A DNA stretch of 62,224 bases, the filler included, from Choristocarpus tenellus KU-1152 (taxonomy: Eukaryota > Protista > Phaeophyceae), in assembly GCA_964200185.2 (NCBI GenBank). It is 14 parts of 14 records of this genome, joined end to end, with 100 filler letters (N's around TTAATTAATTAA, not from the genome) between each part and the next. Parts side by side here need not be neighbours in the genome. Positions count along the whole stretch, not along the records: positions 46,570 to 52,126 come from CAXNAD020010435.1; positions 52,227 to 58,297 come from CAXNAD020009015.1; positions 58,398 to 62,224 come from CAXNAD020017708.1; 11 more parts are not named here. The stretch is one strand, 5' to 3'. This document shows positions 51,618 to 62,224 of the stretch, one piece after another. The position numbers and the translations under genes are program-made. Numbering within the stretch: the first letter of the stretch is position 1; each line of letters opens with the position of its first letter. The notes under the pieces are model-generated. The model saw only the letters and a list, made by a program, of their open reading frames with translations, was not told the origin of the DNA and made no database searches.

Positions 51618-52779
51618 GTGAGTTGTCATGAGATGCAGAAGGAGATCCCCTAGTCCTAGCCCCTATCGTCAAGTCACCGGCGAGTGCAGTAGTTGAAGTA
51701 GTCTCGGCTGTCGTTATATTGGCAATGGGGTATCAAATCACAACGGGTAATCGAGTATTTTGTAATTGATCAGTACTGTGATGGCGGTTCATTTGCAGAC
51801 CACTATCGGGATTCAACTTGATGTTGATTGCAATATTTTGGTAGTGTTGAGGTGCGCACTAATGTAGTATATCACGGTGGAGGTGGTTGTGCTTCCAACC
51901 ACTGCAGTTATTTTGTTCCGATTATGTTGATATCCAGGTACGCAAATGCAGTATTCGAATCTTTTGTTGGCTGTTCAGTGCGGTTTGATGTTGAGGTCTT
52001 CCACGGCGCTGAACTCTTGTTGCGACTGCATTTGCAGTTCCATCAAGGGCCAGAACCAATCTCTTCTGGAGTTTGTGGCGGAAGTTCGCCGTCTTTGTTT
52101 AGACGGCGCTTAAAAGCGCTCCCCCCNNNNNNNNNNNNNNNNNNNNNNNNNNNNNNNNNNNNNNNNNNNNTTAATTAATTAANNNNNNNNNNNNNNNNNN
52201 NNNNNNNNNNNNNNNNNNNNNNNNNNGTGTTGCGACGATAGTAGAGAATGCCCTTGAAGGAGTCTCAGGATAGGCCATCAACTTAGGGGGGACTGTTGAG
52301 GAGGAGAGGCCTATCTCAAAGATGGGTGAAATGGATGTTGATCAGGAGCGATCGACTGGAGGACACGCAACGTCAGAGGAGGATGTTGTGGCATTTGATG
52401 AGCTCGCCCAGGATGGGACTGGAGTTTTTGTTGCTGCCCTGTGGGGGGGGGCGAGTGGAGTAGTTAGACCCACTAGGAGTGTGTGGACATCCGTCATATG
52501 CGTTTGGCACTGTTTGAAGAAGTGGAGGAAGCCTCGAGTGATTCGAGTGATGGAGGACCCGAGGACGTAGGACGAGATGATTCTGTGGGATCTGTATTGA
52601 GGTCCTGAGGTATGAGGACATGAGCAGGAAGTAGATGGGGATGTGTATGGTGGGGTCTGATGGGGGTATTGGATCCAGGAATGGGGAATGTGGATCCAAC
52701 TGCGTAACAGGAGGGGAGTGTTGAAAGGTTTTTGCTGAGACGCGCGGACCAATACTGCGACCCCCTGCCTGAACCTGGT

Positions 52780-53850
52780 GAACCATCAGAGCGTGCATTA
52801 CGGTATATGAGCGGAGACTAGTTGGTTTGCTTGTTGGTGGGAAAGATGGACCCCTCCCTCCATAACCTAAGGCAATGCGAGTGGCGATGGAGGCAGAGGA
52901 GTGGGCCTTGTGGAAAAGAGCTGTTGATGAGGAAGTGGATGATTTTAATAGCAGGGGAGTGTGGATTCAAGTACCTCACCCCACTGATGGTCACACAAGG
53001 TGCTTGGGAGTAAGGTGGATGCTAATGGAGAAGTGGAACTGTACAAGGCCAGGTTGGTTGGTTGTTCAGACAGAGGAGGGGGGAGGATTACCTTGAGTCA
53101 TTTTCGCCAACACCTACCCATGCTCCTTCTCCTCGCATGATACTTGCAATAGCAGCAAACTTGAATTATGTGTTCATCCACAGTGATGAGAAGGCCTTCA
53201 CACAGACTGACTTGGAGGAAACAATATATGTGGAACTACCAGAAGGAAAGGCGAAGTTTGATGGAGCAGTGGGAATAGGGTTAATACCAGACAGATTGTT
53301 AGCTGTATGGGATAGTCCAGACATCTCGGAACTGGAATTTTCTGCTGGTGGAAGCTTTGCTTGAGCTGGGATTGGAACAATCATGATCATCACAGCCTTG
53401 CCATCCACAATCAATATGAACAAACATGGATCTTCCTCAGATTGTTCCAATCCCAGCTCAAGCAAAGCTTCCACCAGCAGAAAATTCCAGTTCCGAGACG
53501 TCTGGACTATCCCATACAGTGGCTTCTTCAGTATTCCCACTGCTCCATCAAACTTCGCCTTTCCTTCTGGTAGTTCCACATATATTGTTTCCTCCAAGTC
53601 AAGCCTGTGTGGAAGGCCTTCTCATCACTGTGGATCAACACATAATTCAAGTTTGCTACTAATGTAAGTATCATGGGTAGGTGTTGGCGAAAATGACTCA
53701 AGGTAATCCTCCCCCCTCCTCTGTCTAAATCCCTGAACAACCAACCAACCTGGCCTTGTACGGTTCCACTTCTCCATTAGCATCCACCTTCCCGGTAAAC
53801 ACCACCGCCTTACTCCCAAGCACCTTGTGTGACCGTCAGTGGGCAGGAAA
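52780..53850. mobile_element. Ty1/copia RT fragment present as a fold-back inverted duplication
   Basis: Plus arm: WKRAVDEE...GVRW...YKARLV..GEDYLESFSPT..EETIYVELPEG. The minus arm (53383-53845) has the same sequence extended to KKPLYGIVQTSRNW..EQSEEDPCLF. Confidence 0.9.
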
Positions 53851-55742
53851 GGAGGTTGTGATGCATACATCAAAAAATAAAAAACGAACTTATTCCTTTG
53901 GTTAGTGCTGTAAATTTGATCAGTTGGATTCGGTAGGTGGAGAAATATAAGAATATAAGTTTGATCATTGGTGAGAGGGGGGGGGGGAGGTCGTTTTTCT
54001 TTATGTTGAACAGCAGGGGTCAGTCCGTGAGGAGCCCTCCCTTCTTTGGCTATCGCAAATTGTGAAGAGGTTGCAGCTCTTGCCAGTTGTTATCTATATA
54101 TCTCAAGTCCAGGACTATCAATCTGCTCGATGCATGTGGAGGCTCTGGGTGTGACGATTTTGACAATGAGATACTTTCTTGACCAAGTGTGGGCTATCTA
54201 GTGGTATTGCATCTCAGATTCTTACCGCAGGAGATAGTGCTTCTGTCAGTCGGGGAAGAGTGTGCAGGAGTTGGTACACGTTATAATGTGTATGTGTATG
54301 TGTATATGACTTCACTGGCCCTATTCACCTCCCTGTGTTCAATCTGACAACCAGTAGGATTTGTCTACTCGAAGGTGTAGGTGGCGACAGGGTAGAGGGA
54401 TGTGTATATGCAGAGCTCCCATCCTCTACTTCTATCTCTTTGTAGTCGAGTCAAACCAGCGGAGAGGTAAGCAGGGTTTCGTTTTAAGGATCCTGAGAAA
54501 GTGCAGAGAGATGATGTCATCTAGTACAGTTGTGGTAAGGGACTTGGCTGAATTTTGTTATCGCTGTGTGTGTGTGTAAACCAAATGATTTAGAGTGATG
54601 TTACCAACTTTATATACACTGTTACACGCATGAGGCAAATGATTTTGAGTGTATGTGAATTTTCAATTTATCGCTTGTTAATGAATAACCCACGAAGGTG
54701 TGAATCATTGTCCCGAATGCTTTTGGTTACATTGTACCGTAACTCATGTCTTATTCGGCACCTAACTTAGGGGGTGAGACATATGACTCAGAATGTTAAA
54801 AAGGGTCCAAACCTTCCTACCTCTCGGTTTGGTTTGACATCACCCCTAGAGTGTTGTAATCGATTTGTTCCAACTGTATCAACTCGTTGGTTGGTATTAT
54901 TCATCCAGTGGGTGGGATTGGGGCCGAGGGGCAAACAAGTTGCAAAAGGCAAAACCACAGAATGAGAAGACAATGTTTCAGGTTTTTCTTGGGCTGCCCT
55001 GTATGGAGGGCTGTGTAGGGGGGGAGGATAATGACAATGAAAAATGAACTCTGCAGTGTGAGGCGAAAAAGAAAAATGTTGTTTGTGTTACTATAAGTGA
55101 GAGGTTTTTTTCCTCTGTATGTTGAACGTACCTTATACTTTCTTGAAGTGTAGTTTTGTGTGTGTGTGTGTGTGTGTGTGCATTGAGAAGCCATTACATA
55201 GCAACATAGTGTGGTGGGATATCGAAAGTGATGGGGGAGCATAGGAAATTTTGCATGCACTGCTCGACCCTTGGTCTTTGCACACGGCACGCCTTTCTTT
55301 GTCAAAGGCCAGCATGGGCAGTGTAGATAGCTTGTTCCGATCCACATCTCCCAGAGCGCCTTGTCTTCCTTAGCTTTGTCACCATCCAGGCAGAATATGT
55401 TTGTCCGAAAGACAAATAAGGATCGTGTTTGATCCACAATGCTATGGCTTAGGTCACAAGTGAAGCTGCAGGTGGACCGAGGTAGTGGCGTTTTAAGTTT
55501 TTGAAAGTAAATGGTATTGACAACCTGCAGTACCCTGAGTCACACATAGGCTACAAAGAAGGCGTCAACATTGTGTGCTACACCGTGGTAGGGCAGTTTT
55601 ATAGTTGAAAGGATGGTGATTTACCTGTGCCTATTATCTCACACCTATACATGCACATATATATGTGTGTGTGTTGTATATGTTATGTTACCCTTGCCTT
55701 GGTCTCATTCTGAACACTATGTTTCTGCTTCCCAATGTGCAG

Positions 55743-56566
55743 GGTCAAGCATTCTGCACACAGGTGTTTGACCACTGGAATATTGTGCCAGGGGATCCTC
55801 TTGACCGGACAATCATCTTGCACCCATTGGAGCCATCTCCACTGCAGCACCTGGCTCGAGAGTTCATGGTAGGTACCCTGTTGAAGTGGGTAGAACTGGT
55901 GGAAGGGTAAGGAAAGGGCGGCAGATTAGTCCCGATTACTAGTGACGGTTTTGTTTTGTGTGCGTTGTTGAGGCTGGTCAGCTTCTCTCAATTTGGAGAG
56001 GGAGGATGGTAGGAAGAGGACAAGAGGTGTGTGCCTCTGGAAGGAAGGTCGCTTGTATTTGCTTTCCAAGGACAGGCCTTAATTACATGTTGCCAACAGT
56101 GATGGGCTTGAATTGCACTATTAAAACTATAGAGTTGCACAGATTTGTCTTTTTTGGTGAGTGGGGGATGGAGGGAGTTATTTATTTTTTTTGCAATTGA
56201 TCGATCGACTACTGAAGTGCTTGTACATTGTCGTTTCATGTTCTAAAAGAGAAGGTACAAAAACGGCCAGGGTTACATGATTGAACCTCCAGCAATGGCT
56301 TGCACGCACCCACATGTATTCATTGCGTAGGTGCACTGTTCCCTCCTATTAAATGCCGAAATTCCTTCTTGTGCACTCCACGCCCACTCCATTTAACAAA
56401 CCTTTGTTGCATTATGCATGTTGTACCTTTGTCTTAGGTGAAGACACGTCGTCGCAAGGGGTTGAGTGAAGACGTGAGCATAAACAAATTCTTCGACGAT
56501 CCAATGCTAATGGAGCTGGCTAGGCAGGAGGCGGAGATGGGGACAGCGACGGCAATGCAATCATAA
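55743..56566 (+). CDS. EFTUD2: U5 snRNP 116-kDa GTPase (SNU114), last two exons
   Basis: Exon 55743-55868 ([42 protein letters not shown]) and exon 56438-56566 ([30 protein letters not shown]...*), joined by a phase-0 GT-AG intron. Matches the EFTUD2 C-terminus. Confidence 0.96.
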
Positions 56567-58123
56567 TAATAATAATAAAATGATAGTAGATCGGTTTGTA
56601 GAAAACTGTTTGTGGCTTGCTTTCAAGTGGTCACTGCTTGTTGATTTTTTTTCTTCCTCTCACAAGGGAGTTCTAGTGCTTGAGAAGCAGTGTAGTTGTC
56701 TGTATCCAAGAAATGTAGCATCAGATCTGGGTGCCTTCACACACAAACACACAGGCTTCTGTGCTACACACCTCGGGTCGCAGACTGCCCCCCTTACGTC
56801 CTAAAGCTTATGCTGGACACAACCAACAGGATGCTCAGGAACAGATGTGCAGTGGTGGAGGAAGTGTGATTGCTCTCAGTAGAACAGCCACTTACCTTGC
56901 TGAATGTGGTCCTTCTCTTGTATTCCCCATCCATCCTTCCTGGTATATATATACATCATCACACGCACACACCCCAGACTCATTCCCCGAATTTGCTTCT
57001 ATGCTTGTTTTCCTCGTGTGTAGTCTCTTTGATGCTGTCTGTTTCATCCTTTGAATCTTGTAGGTGTGAATGTTTGGATGCATCCAGCATGCCTCTGCAT
57101 ATGTATGATTTACGATTCTAGGAGTTGTTTCACTATTGTCAGACACCTGCTGGCAGGCTCACCGAGCAAGAATAACTTGCGTCTGTCGTTTTGCCAACCG
57201 AGATCGACATGAATGCCACTACAATCTTTCATTCTTTATGAAAGATTGTTATTGTCGCTGCAATTGCTCAGTATGATTAAGAATCACTACTAGGTAGTAT
57301 TAGCATTATTATTGTGGGGTGTTCGTAGCATGTACTACATACTCGACCAAACTATCCTAGAGGGGGGTGCGGCGATCGCAAGGACTCTTTATGACGGTAT
57401 TCTGAATTCTGTGTTATGTGCAGCGATTGTGTTCAGGAAAAGTCTGTTTACTTGATCTGGACAAGTCTACATCCAAAGACTCCTGATGGGGGTTGAGGAT
57501 GGTATTAGAGCCATGGAAATGGGGTGTCAGGCACAATAACTTGTTATTATCCCCCTTATTATGATTGAATAACCAAAATCCACCCCCCTCAAAGATACTT
57601 TGGCTCGGGTATGTCTCACCCAAAATACTACATAAACTGACTATATAACACTTTTTATTATTATGCCCTCTGATATTTTGCAGATGTGTCTGGGGGGAAA
57701 CCAATGAAAACAATCAACGATCATGACACCAGTGACCTTAAAATATTTATTGTTCCCATAATTTCCTCTCTTTTAAGCTCACCACTAGTACTATAGACTG
57801 TAGGTTAATAGCATGTTTGAGATTCAATTTTTGTCTTTTATTGTAGGAGACGAAATTTGTGACGTCTTTTTTCGACCAGCTAATTATCGAAGTGATGTTT
57901 TGTGTTTATTAGAAGAAATTGTAGGGCTGTCTATATTATGTTGAAACGCTCTTTGGTGGCATGTAGTAAGACTGCCTATTAGAATGGTAGGCTTAAAGCA
58001 AGTACGATGTACTTGGAGTATGCTATTAATAGAGCACAAACAATCCGTAAGTAGGAGGTGATGTATCCAATTCATTTGCCCACAAACTTTACAATAACTA
58101 GTTCAGGCTATCATCTTATTTCT

Positions 58124-58297
58124 GAGTGAAAGTATCTTAGAGGGTACGAGTTTTGCCCTGTTTGACCATTTGGGACTTGGCTTCCCATGGTGTTTTTTAT
58201 TACATTTTCCTACTCCCAAATATTTCGGAGTAGGTGAAATGTGTATGTGATGAAAGGTGTGTCCGGAATAAGGATGCTGACACTTCCTAACAAACAC
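58124..58297 (+). mobile_element. MITE family B, truncated by contig end
   Basis: Starts GAGTGAAAGTATCTTAGAGGGTACG. Confidence 0.88.
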
Positions 58298-58852
58298 NNN
58301 NNNNNNNNNNNNNNNNNNNNNNNNNNNNNNNNNNNNNNNNNTTAATTAATTAANNNNNNNNNNNNNNNNNNNNNNNNNNNNNNNNNNNNNNNNNNNNGGG
58401 GGGGGGGGGGGGGGGGGGGGGGAGGGATCAGGGCTCACATGAGGAAATAGTACCCCTAGGACAGTGTGGGCGATGACTGCGTAAGGCCACACTGCAAGAA
58501 AATCAACTTGACCCAAGAGGCTCCCCTAACCCTATGAACCGAGTACATCCTGTACATGCACCAAATCCTACCCCAAGAATGTCCACACAGTCAAAAAGCA
58601 CAAACAATCCAAGCGTTGAGAGCACCCCACACAAAAATAATAATAAACAAAAAAACAAAAAACACACACACACAGAAAAAAACAATTTTATCATCCTAAC
58701 AATATCAAGTAAATGAGAAAAAATAATAAAACGATAAGGCAAAAAAAAAAAAAATCAGGAGCGTGTAAAAAAAATAAAAAATGCGAAAAACAATCACACA
58801 AGTCTAGACAGCCGCACTCCCACGCAGCAATATGTACGGAAAGCGAACGCAC

Positions 58853-60962
58853 GTGTTTGATCCTGGAGTTGAGTTCTCGAACCAGGCCGTCCTTGCTGAG
58901 CACTGCCTCTGCCAGGGCAGTGTTGTTTTCAGCCACTCTAGCCAACGTACAGTTCATGCGTTTCAGTTCAACCTCCTCTGGGGTGGGCGACGTCAGTCGG
59001 GAGGGAAGCTGCAATCAAGAGGAGAGACACAGACACAGACACAGACACAGACACAGACACACACATATTTTCACACAACCCACACACCAAGGTCACCGAC
59101 AGTGAGTTGGGGGTATGTAGAGGGCAACAACAATGATACTATTAAGTGATGTAATGATAAAAATAGAAAGAGTAGTATTTGTGTGTGTGCTATGGCGAAT
59201 TGGGGGATTACTAATAGTAGGCACACAGGGGAAAAAGACGGGATTACTCAGGGGAAAGGGGCACAGGGAAGGGATGGGGGGCAGGGGGGGTAGGAAGAGA
59301 TCATCTCCATGGCTTGGCCCAAGCAAAGTTCTTTCAAAATAAAAAGGGTGGTCAAAGGTTGTCAAGATTATGCTTGACCATTTGTGAGAATACGATTTGA
59401 AGTATTATTTTATGTACGTACAGAAGATAATGCGGAACATTCGGGATATTTAGGGTTAGGGCATTTGACCAGAAGTAATCAGCGGACTATTAGAGTCGGA
59501 GTGTACTAGAGATACGTTAAGTCATTTGGTATCCTGAGTCATTAAGTGTAAGGACTGGTAACCCCCACCTAGTGAAGGTATCTCACTCTCTTCTTAACTG
59601 TGGTACAAGTTAATAAACAATAATATAACTAGTTGTGTGGGACAACAGATCGCCAAGGACAGCTTAACAAAGGTACATTCAGTTTGTTCTTGTTCTTCAT
59701 TTCACCATATTCAACATTAAATAAAAAAACCTATCAATGTAACAATTTCAAGCTGTATTCAAATAAAAAACCTATCAATGCAACAATTTCAAACTGTATT
59801 CAAATGAAAAAACCTATCAACATAACAATTTCAAACTGTATTCAAATGAAAAAACCTATCAACATAACAATTTCAAACTGTATTCAAACGAAAAAACCTA
59901 TCAACATAACAATTTCAAAACGTATCCAAATAAAAAAAAGCACAAAAAAAAGGTCTGTAGGTATGCAGGTAATGATGCGTCGGAAAATAAAATGCTCGGT
60001 TGGATCTTCCGTATGAATTCATATTATACATGTAGAGTGAAAAAGATTGTTTTCTAAAAAAAAAAACAATATTTCTCGGAATGGTTAATAAATAAAAAAA
60101 ACTAAAAAGGTACGAACTGGAGCAAGCAAATGACTCCTAGATCACTATTCAAAAATTGCACCCCCTTGCCACACATTGACATGGATAAAGCACAAAGGGA
60201 TCGCCAAGCAGCACCAGGTACCACATTCACAAAACTTAAACACCTACGGTCCGCACTCGTTGGGTTTTACCGCCTCCATATCCACCACCACAATACTATC
60301 AACACTAAAAACATCATCTCTCACCTCAAAGGATCAAGGATGGGGGAGCACGAGGCTGTCAGAAGCATTTTTTTTTTAATGGTCTACAATAAAAAACAAT
60401 AATAATATAGGTATATGAAACTAACTACGTAATACATACACTACATATGTGTGTATGTATGTATGTATGTATGTATGTATGTATGTATGTTGGTAAAGAA
60501 AAGACTAAAGAATCTCTTGGGTCCTCCCTCACCAGGGGTCGCAAGTATGCATCTGTTATGCGCTTCCATGAGATAGAGGGAGGCTGCTTGGATCGACCTT
60601 GCCCATCTATAAATTGCTTCAAGGCGCCGTCCAACACCACCACGTCCTCCAGAGCTTCCTTCAGCTGTTTGAGGGTTAGGTATGACTCAAGCGAGGTCAG
60701 GCTTGGAACGGGGGGATGATTCAGATTGTTTGATGGATATGGATGTTCTTGGGGGTCTTGAGGCGATAGGGAAGGGACTCTGTTGTAAGATTGGTGTAAC
60801 AGGGTTATGGTGTATGGTAAAAATAAGTAATACTTAGGGTAGAGTGTGGGGGGTGGGGGCAGGGGTGAACGCCTTCCTGATGAAAAATGAGAAATGAGAC
60901 TGTTCCAAAGGAACGAAGTTAGCGACTAAATTTCCAAGAACACACACAGGACGATGCAGGAT

Positions 60963-61030
<68 letters not shown>

Positions 61031-62128
61031 GGGGGAGAGAACATAAATCAAAACAAAAAATAGGGTCATTGAAAGCACGTTCAAATCAGCAACACGTTTT
61101 TAGAGAAGAGATTATAGCAATGCCGACCATTACCACAACTGCCAAAAAAATAAAAGTGTTCTCATTGTGTGTTCTCATTGTGTGTTCTCATTGTGTGTTC
61201 TCATTGTGTGTTGTCATTGTGTGTTGTCATTGTGTGTTATCATTGTGTGTTCTCATTGCGTGTTCTCATTGTGTGTTCTCATTGCGTGTTCTCATTGTGT
61301 GTTCTCATTGTGTGTTCTCATTGTGTGTTCTCATTGCGTGTTCTCATTGCGTGTTCTCATTGTGTGTTATCATTGTGTGTTCTCATTGCGTGTTATCATT
61401 GTGTGTTCTCATTGTATGTTCTCATTGTGTGTTCTCATTGTGTGTGTGTGTGTGTGTGTGTGTGTGCCGTGGCCAAAACAATTGAGGTTGTCCTCACTAC
61501 ACCCTTTATCGTGGCAACAAAAGTCTTACCATGTCTTGCACCTTTATTTGTCACAGTTTCAAAATCGAATCATACAAAAAGATACAAAATGAACATCTAC
61601 CACAGGACGTGCACTAAACTTCTACATGGTAACATTATTTTTCTAACATTATTTTTCTAACATTATTTTTCTAACATTATTCTTCTTCTTTCCCACCTCA
61701 AACACCACACTACACCGCCTCGATCCCTGCTCCATATATGGAACGGGATTAAACAAAACGCCTGCTCAAGATCCTGCCAACGACAACTATGCTCAGCGTG
61801 CACCAACGCTAACCTGCCCTCATCCTGATCCTGGTCCTCACAGACCAAACAAACTCTAGAGAGCCCAGGGCCAGCAGGTCGATACAACCCCAACAACCCC
61901 CAGGACATCCCTCCTCCACCCCCTGCTCCACTTGCCACATTCAACATGTCTATCCTAACCACCCTACCCTATGGCGAATCAATCAAAGTGAATCAATCAA
62001 ACCACACATCAGCAACCCCGAAACAAGACGAACACTATTTGTTCAAGGTGAGAAAAGAGCACTTCACCTGAGCTTCAGCCTCTTTAGCCCTGTCTGTGGC
62101 AGCTTCAGCCTTGTCTACCAAGGAGGTG
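58853..62128 (-). CDS. Uncharacterised coiled-coil protein, three internal exons
   Basis: Exons 62068-62128 (TSLVDKAEAATDRAKEAEAQ), 60533-60664 (LKEALEDVVVLDGALKQF...LRPL) and 58853-59008 (LPSRL...EVELKRMNCTLARVAENNTALAEAVLSKDGLVRELNSRIKH), with AG/GT boundaries and compatible phase-0 junctions. Confidence 0.7.
59718..59938. repeat. ~42-bp minisatellite, ~5 units (intronic)
   Basis: Unit aaatgaaaaaacctatcaacataacaatttcaaactgtattc. Confidence 0.92.
60447..60489. repeat. (GTAT)n microsatellite
   Basis: Directly visible. Confidence 0.9.
60967..61029. repeat. Compound (CT)n(CA)n microsatellite
   Basis: Directly visible. Confidence 0.9.
61156..61466. repeat. 13-bp minisatellite (GTGTTCTCATTGT) x ~22, ending in (GT)n
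   Basis: Directly visible. It explains the spurious Cys-rich ORFs in three frames. Confidence 0.95.
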
Positions 62129-62224
62129 CTGCAAATGAACAAGGGTGGTGGGGTTGGCGAGAAAGGGGGGGGGGGGGGGGGGGGGGGGGGAGGAGAAGTT
62201 GCTTTTTTATGGGGGGAGCAGGGG

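Noticed and set aside
29858-56566. Clustering of two spliceosome genes (SF3B1, EFTUD2)
   Set aside because: They are on different contigs separated by artificial spacers, so there is no evidence of linkage.
3114-58397. Regularly recurring TTAATTAATTAA flanked by Ns as a biological repeat or CRISPR-like array
   Set aside because: Exact 100-bp synthetic linker with stops in all six frames; an assembly concatenation artefact.
59718-59938. 42-bp repeats as a CRISPR array or repeat protein
   Set aside because: Units are contiguous with no unique spacers; eukaryotic intronic minisatellite.
61069-61660. Cys-rich ORFs (VCSHCVFSLCVL repeats)
   Set aside because: Translations of a 13-bp minisatellite, open in three frames, lying in an intron of the minus-strand gene.
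64-62224. Most of the supplied 60-150 aa six-frame ORFs
   Set aside because: No motifs or splice support. They are chance ORFs, antisense shadows of TE relics, or run into N spacers.

Overview
This window is not one locus. It is 14 unlinked short eukaryotic contigs joined by 13 artificial 100-bp spacers (44 N + TTAATTAATTAA + 44 N). The DNA is intron-rich and dominated by decayed transposons. TTAGGG repeats, short exons in long introns and the style of the LINE C-termini suggest a brown alga or related stramenopile (inference). Host gene fragments rebuilt from GT-AG exons are an OSCA/TMEM63 (CSC1)-like channel (4 exons), the last exon of SF3B1, the last two exons of EFTUD2/SNU114, the 5' part of an organelle-targeted PPR protein, and three exons of a coiled-coil protein. 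Mobile DNA includes several Ty1/copia relics, a chromodomain Ty3/gypsy pol, RTE-type and CRE/RLE-type LINE fragments, two copies of a Tc1/IS630-like transposase N-terminus, and at least three MITE families. The most notable system is a multicopy Sola1/DUF7869-type DDD transposase gene split by at least six spliceosomal introns, six consecutive exons of which splice in frame. It co-occurs with two MITE families that share a GRST(C/G)AAAGTATCT terminal motif, nest in each other, and insert into a copy of that transposase. No rRNA, tRNA or CRISPR array was recognised.
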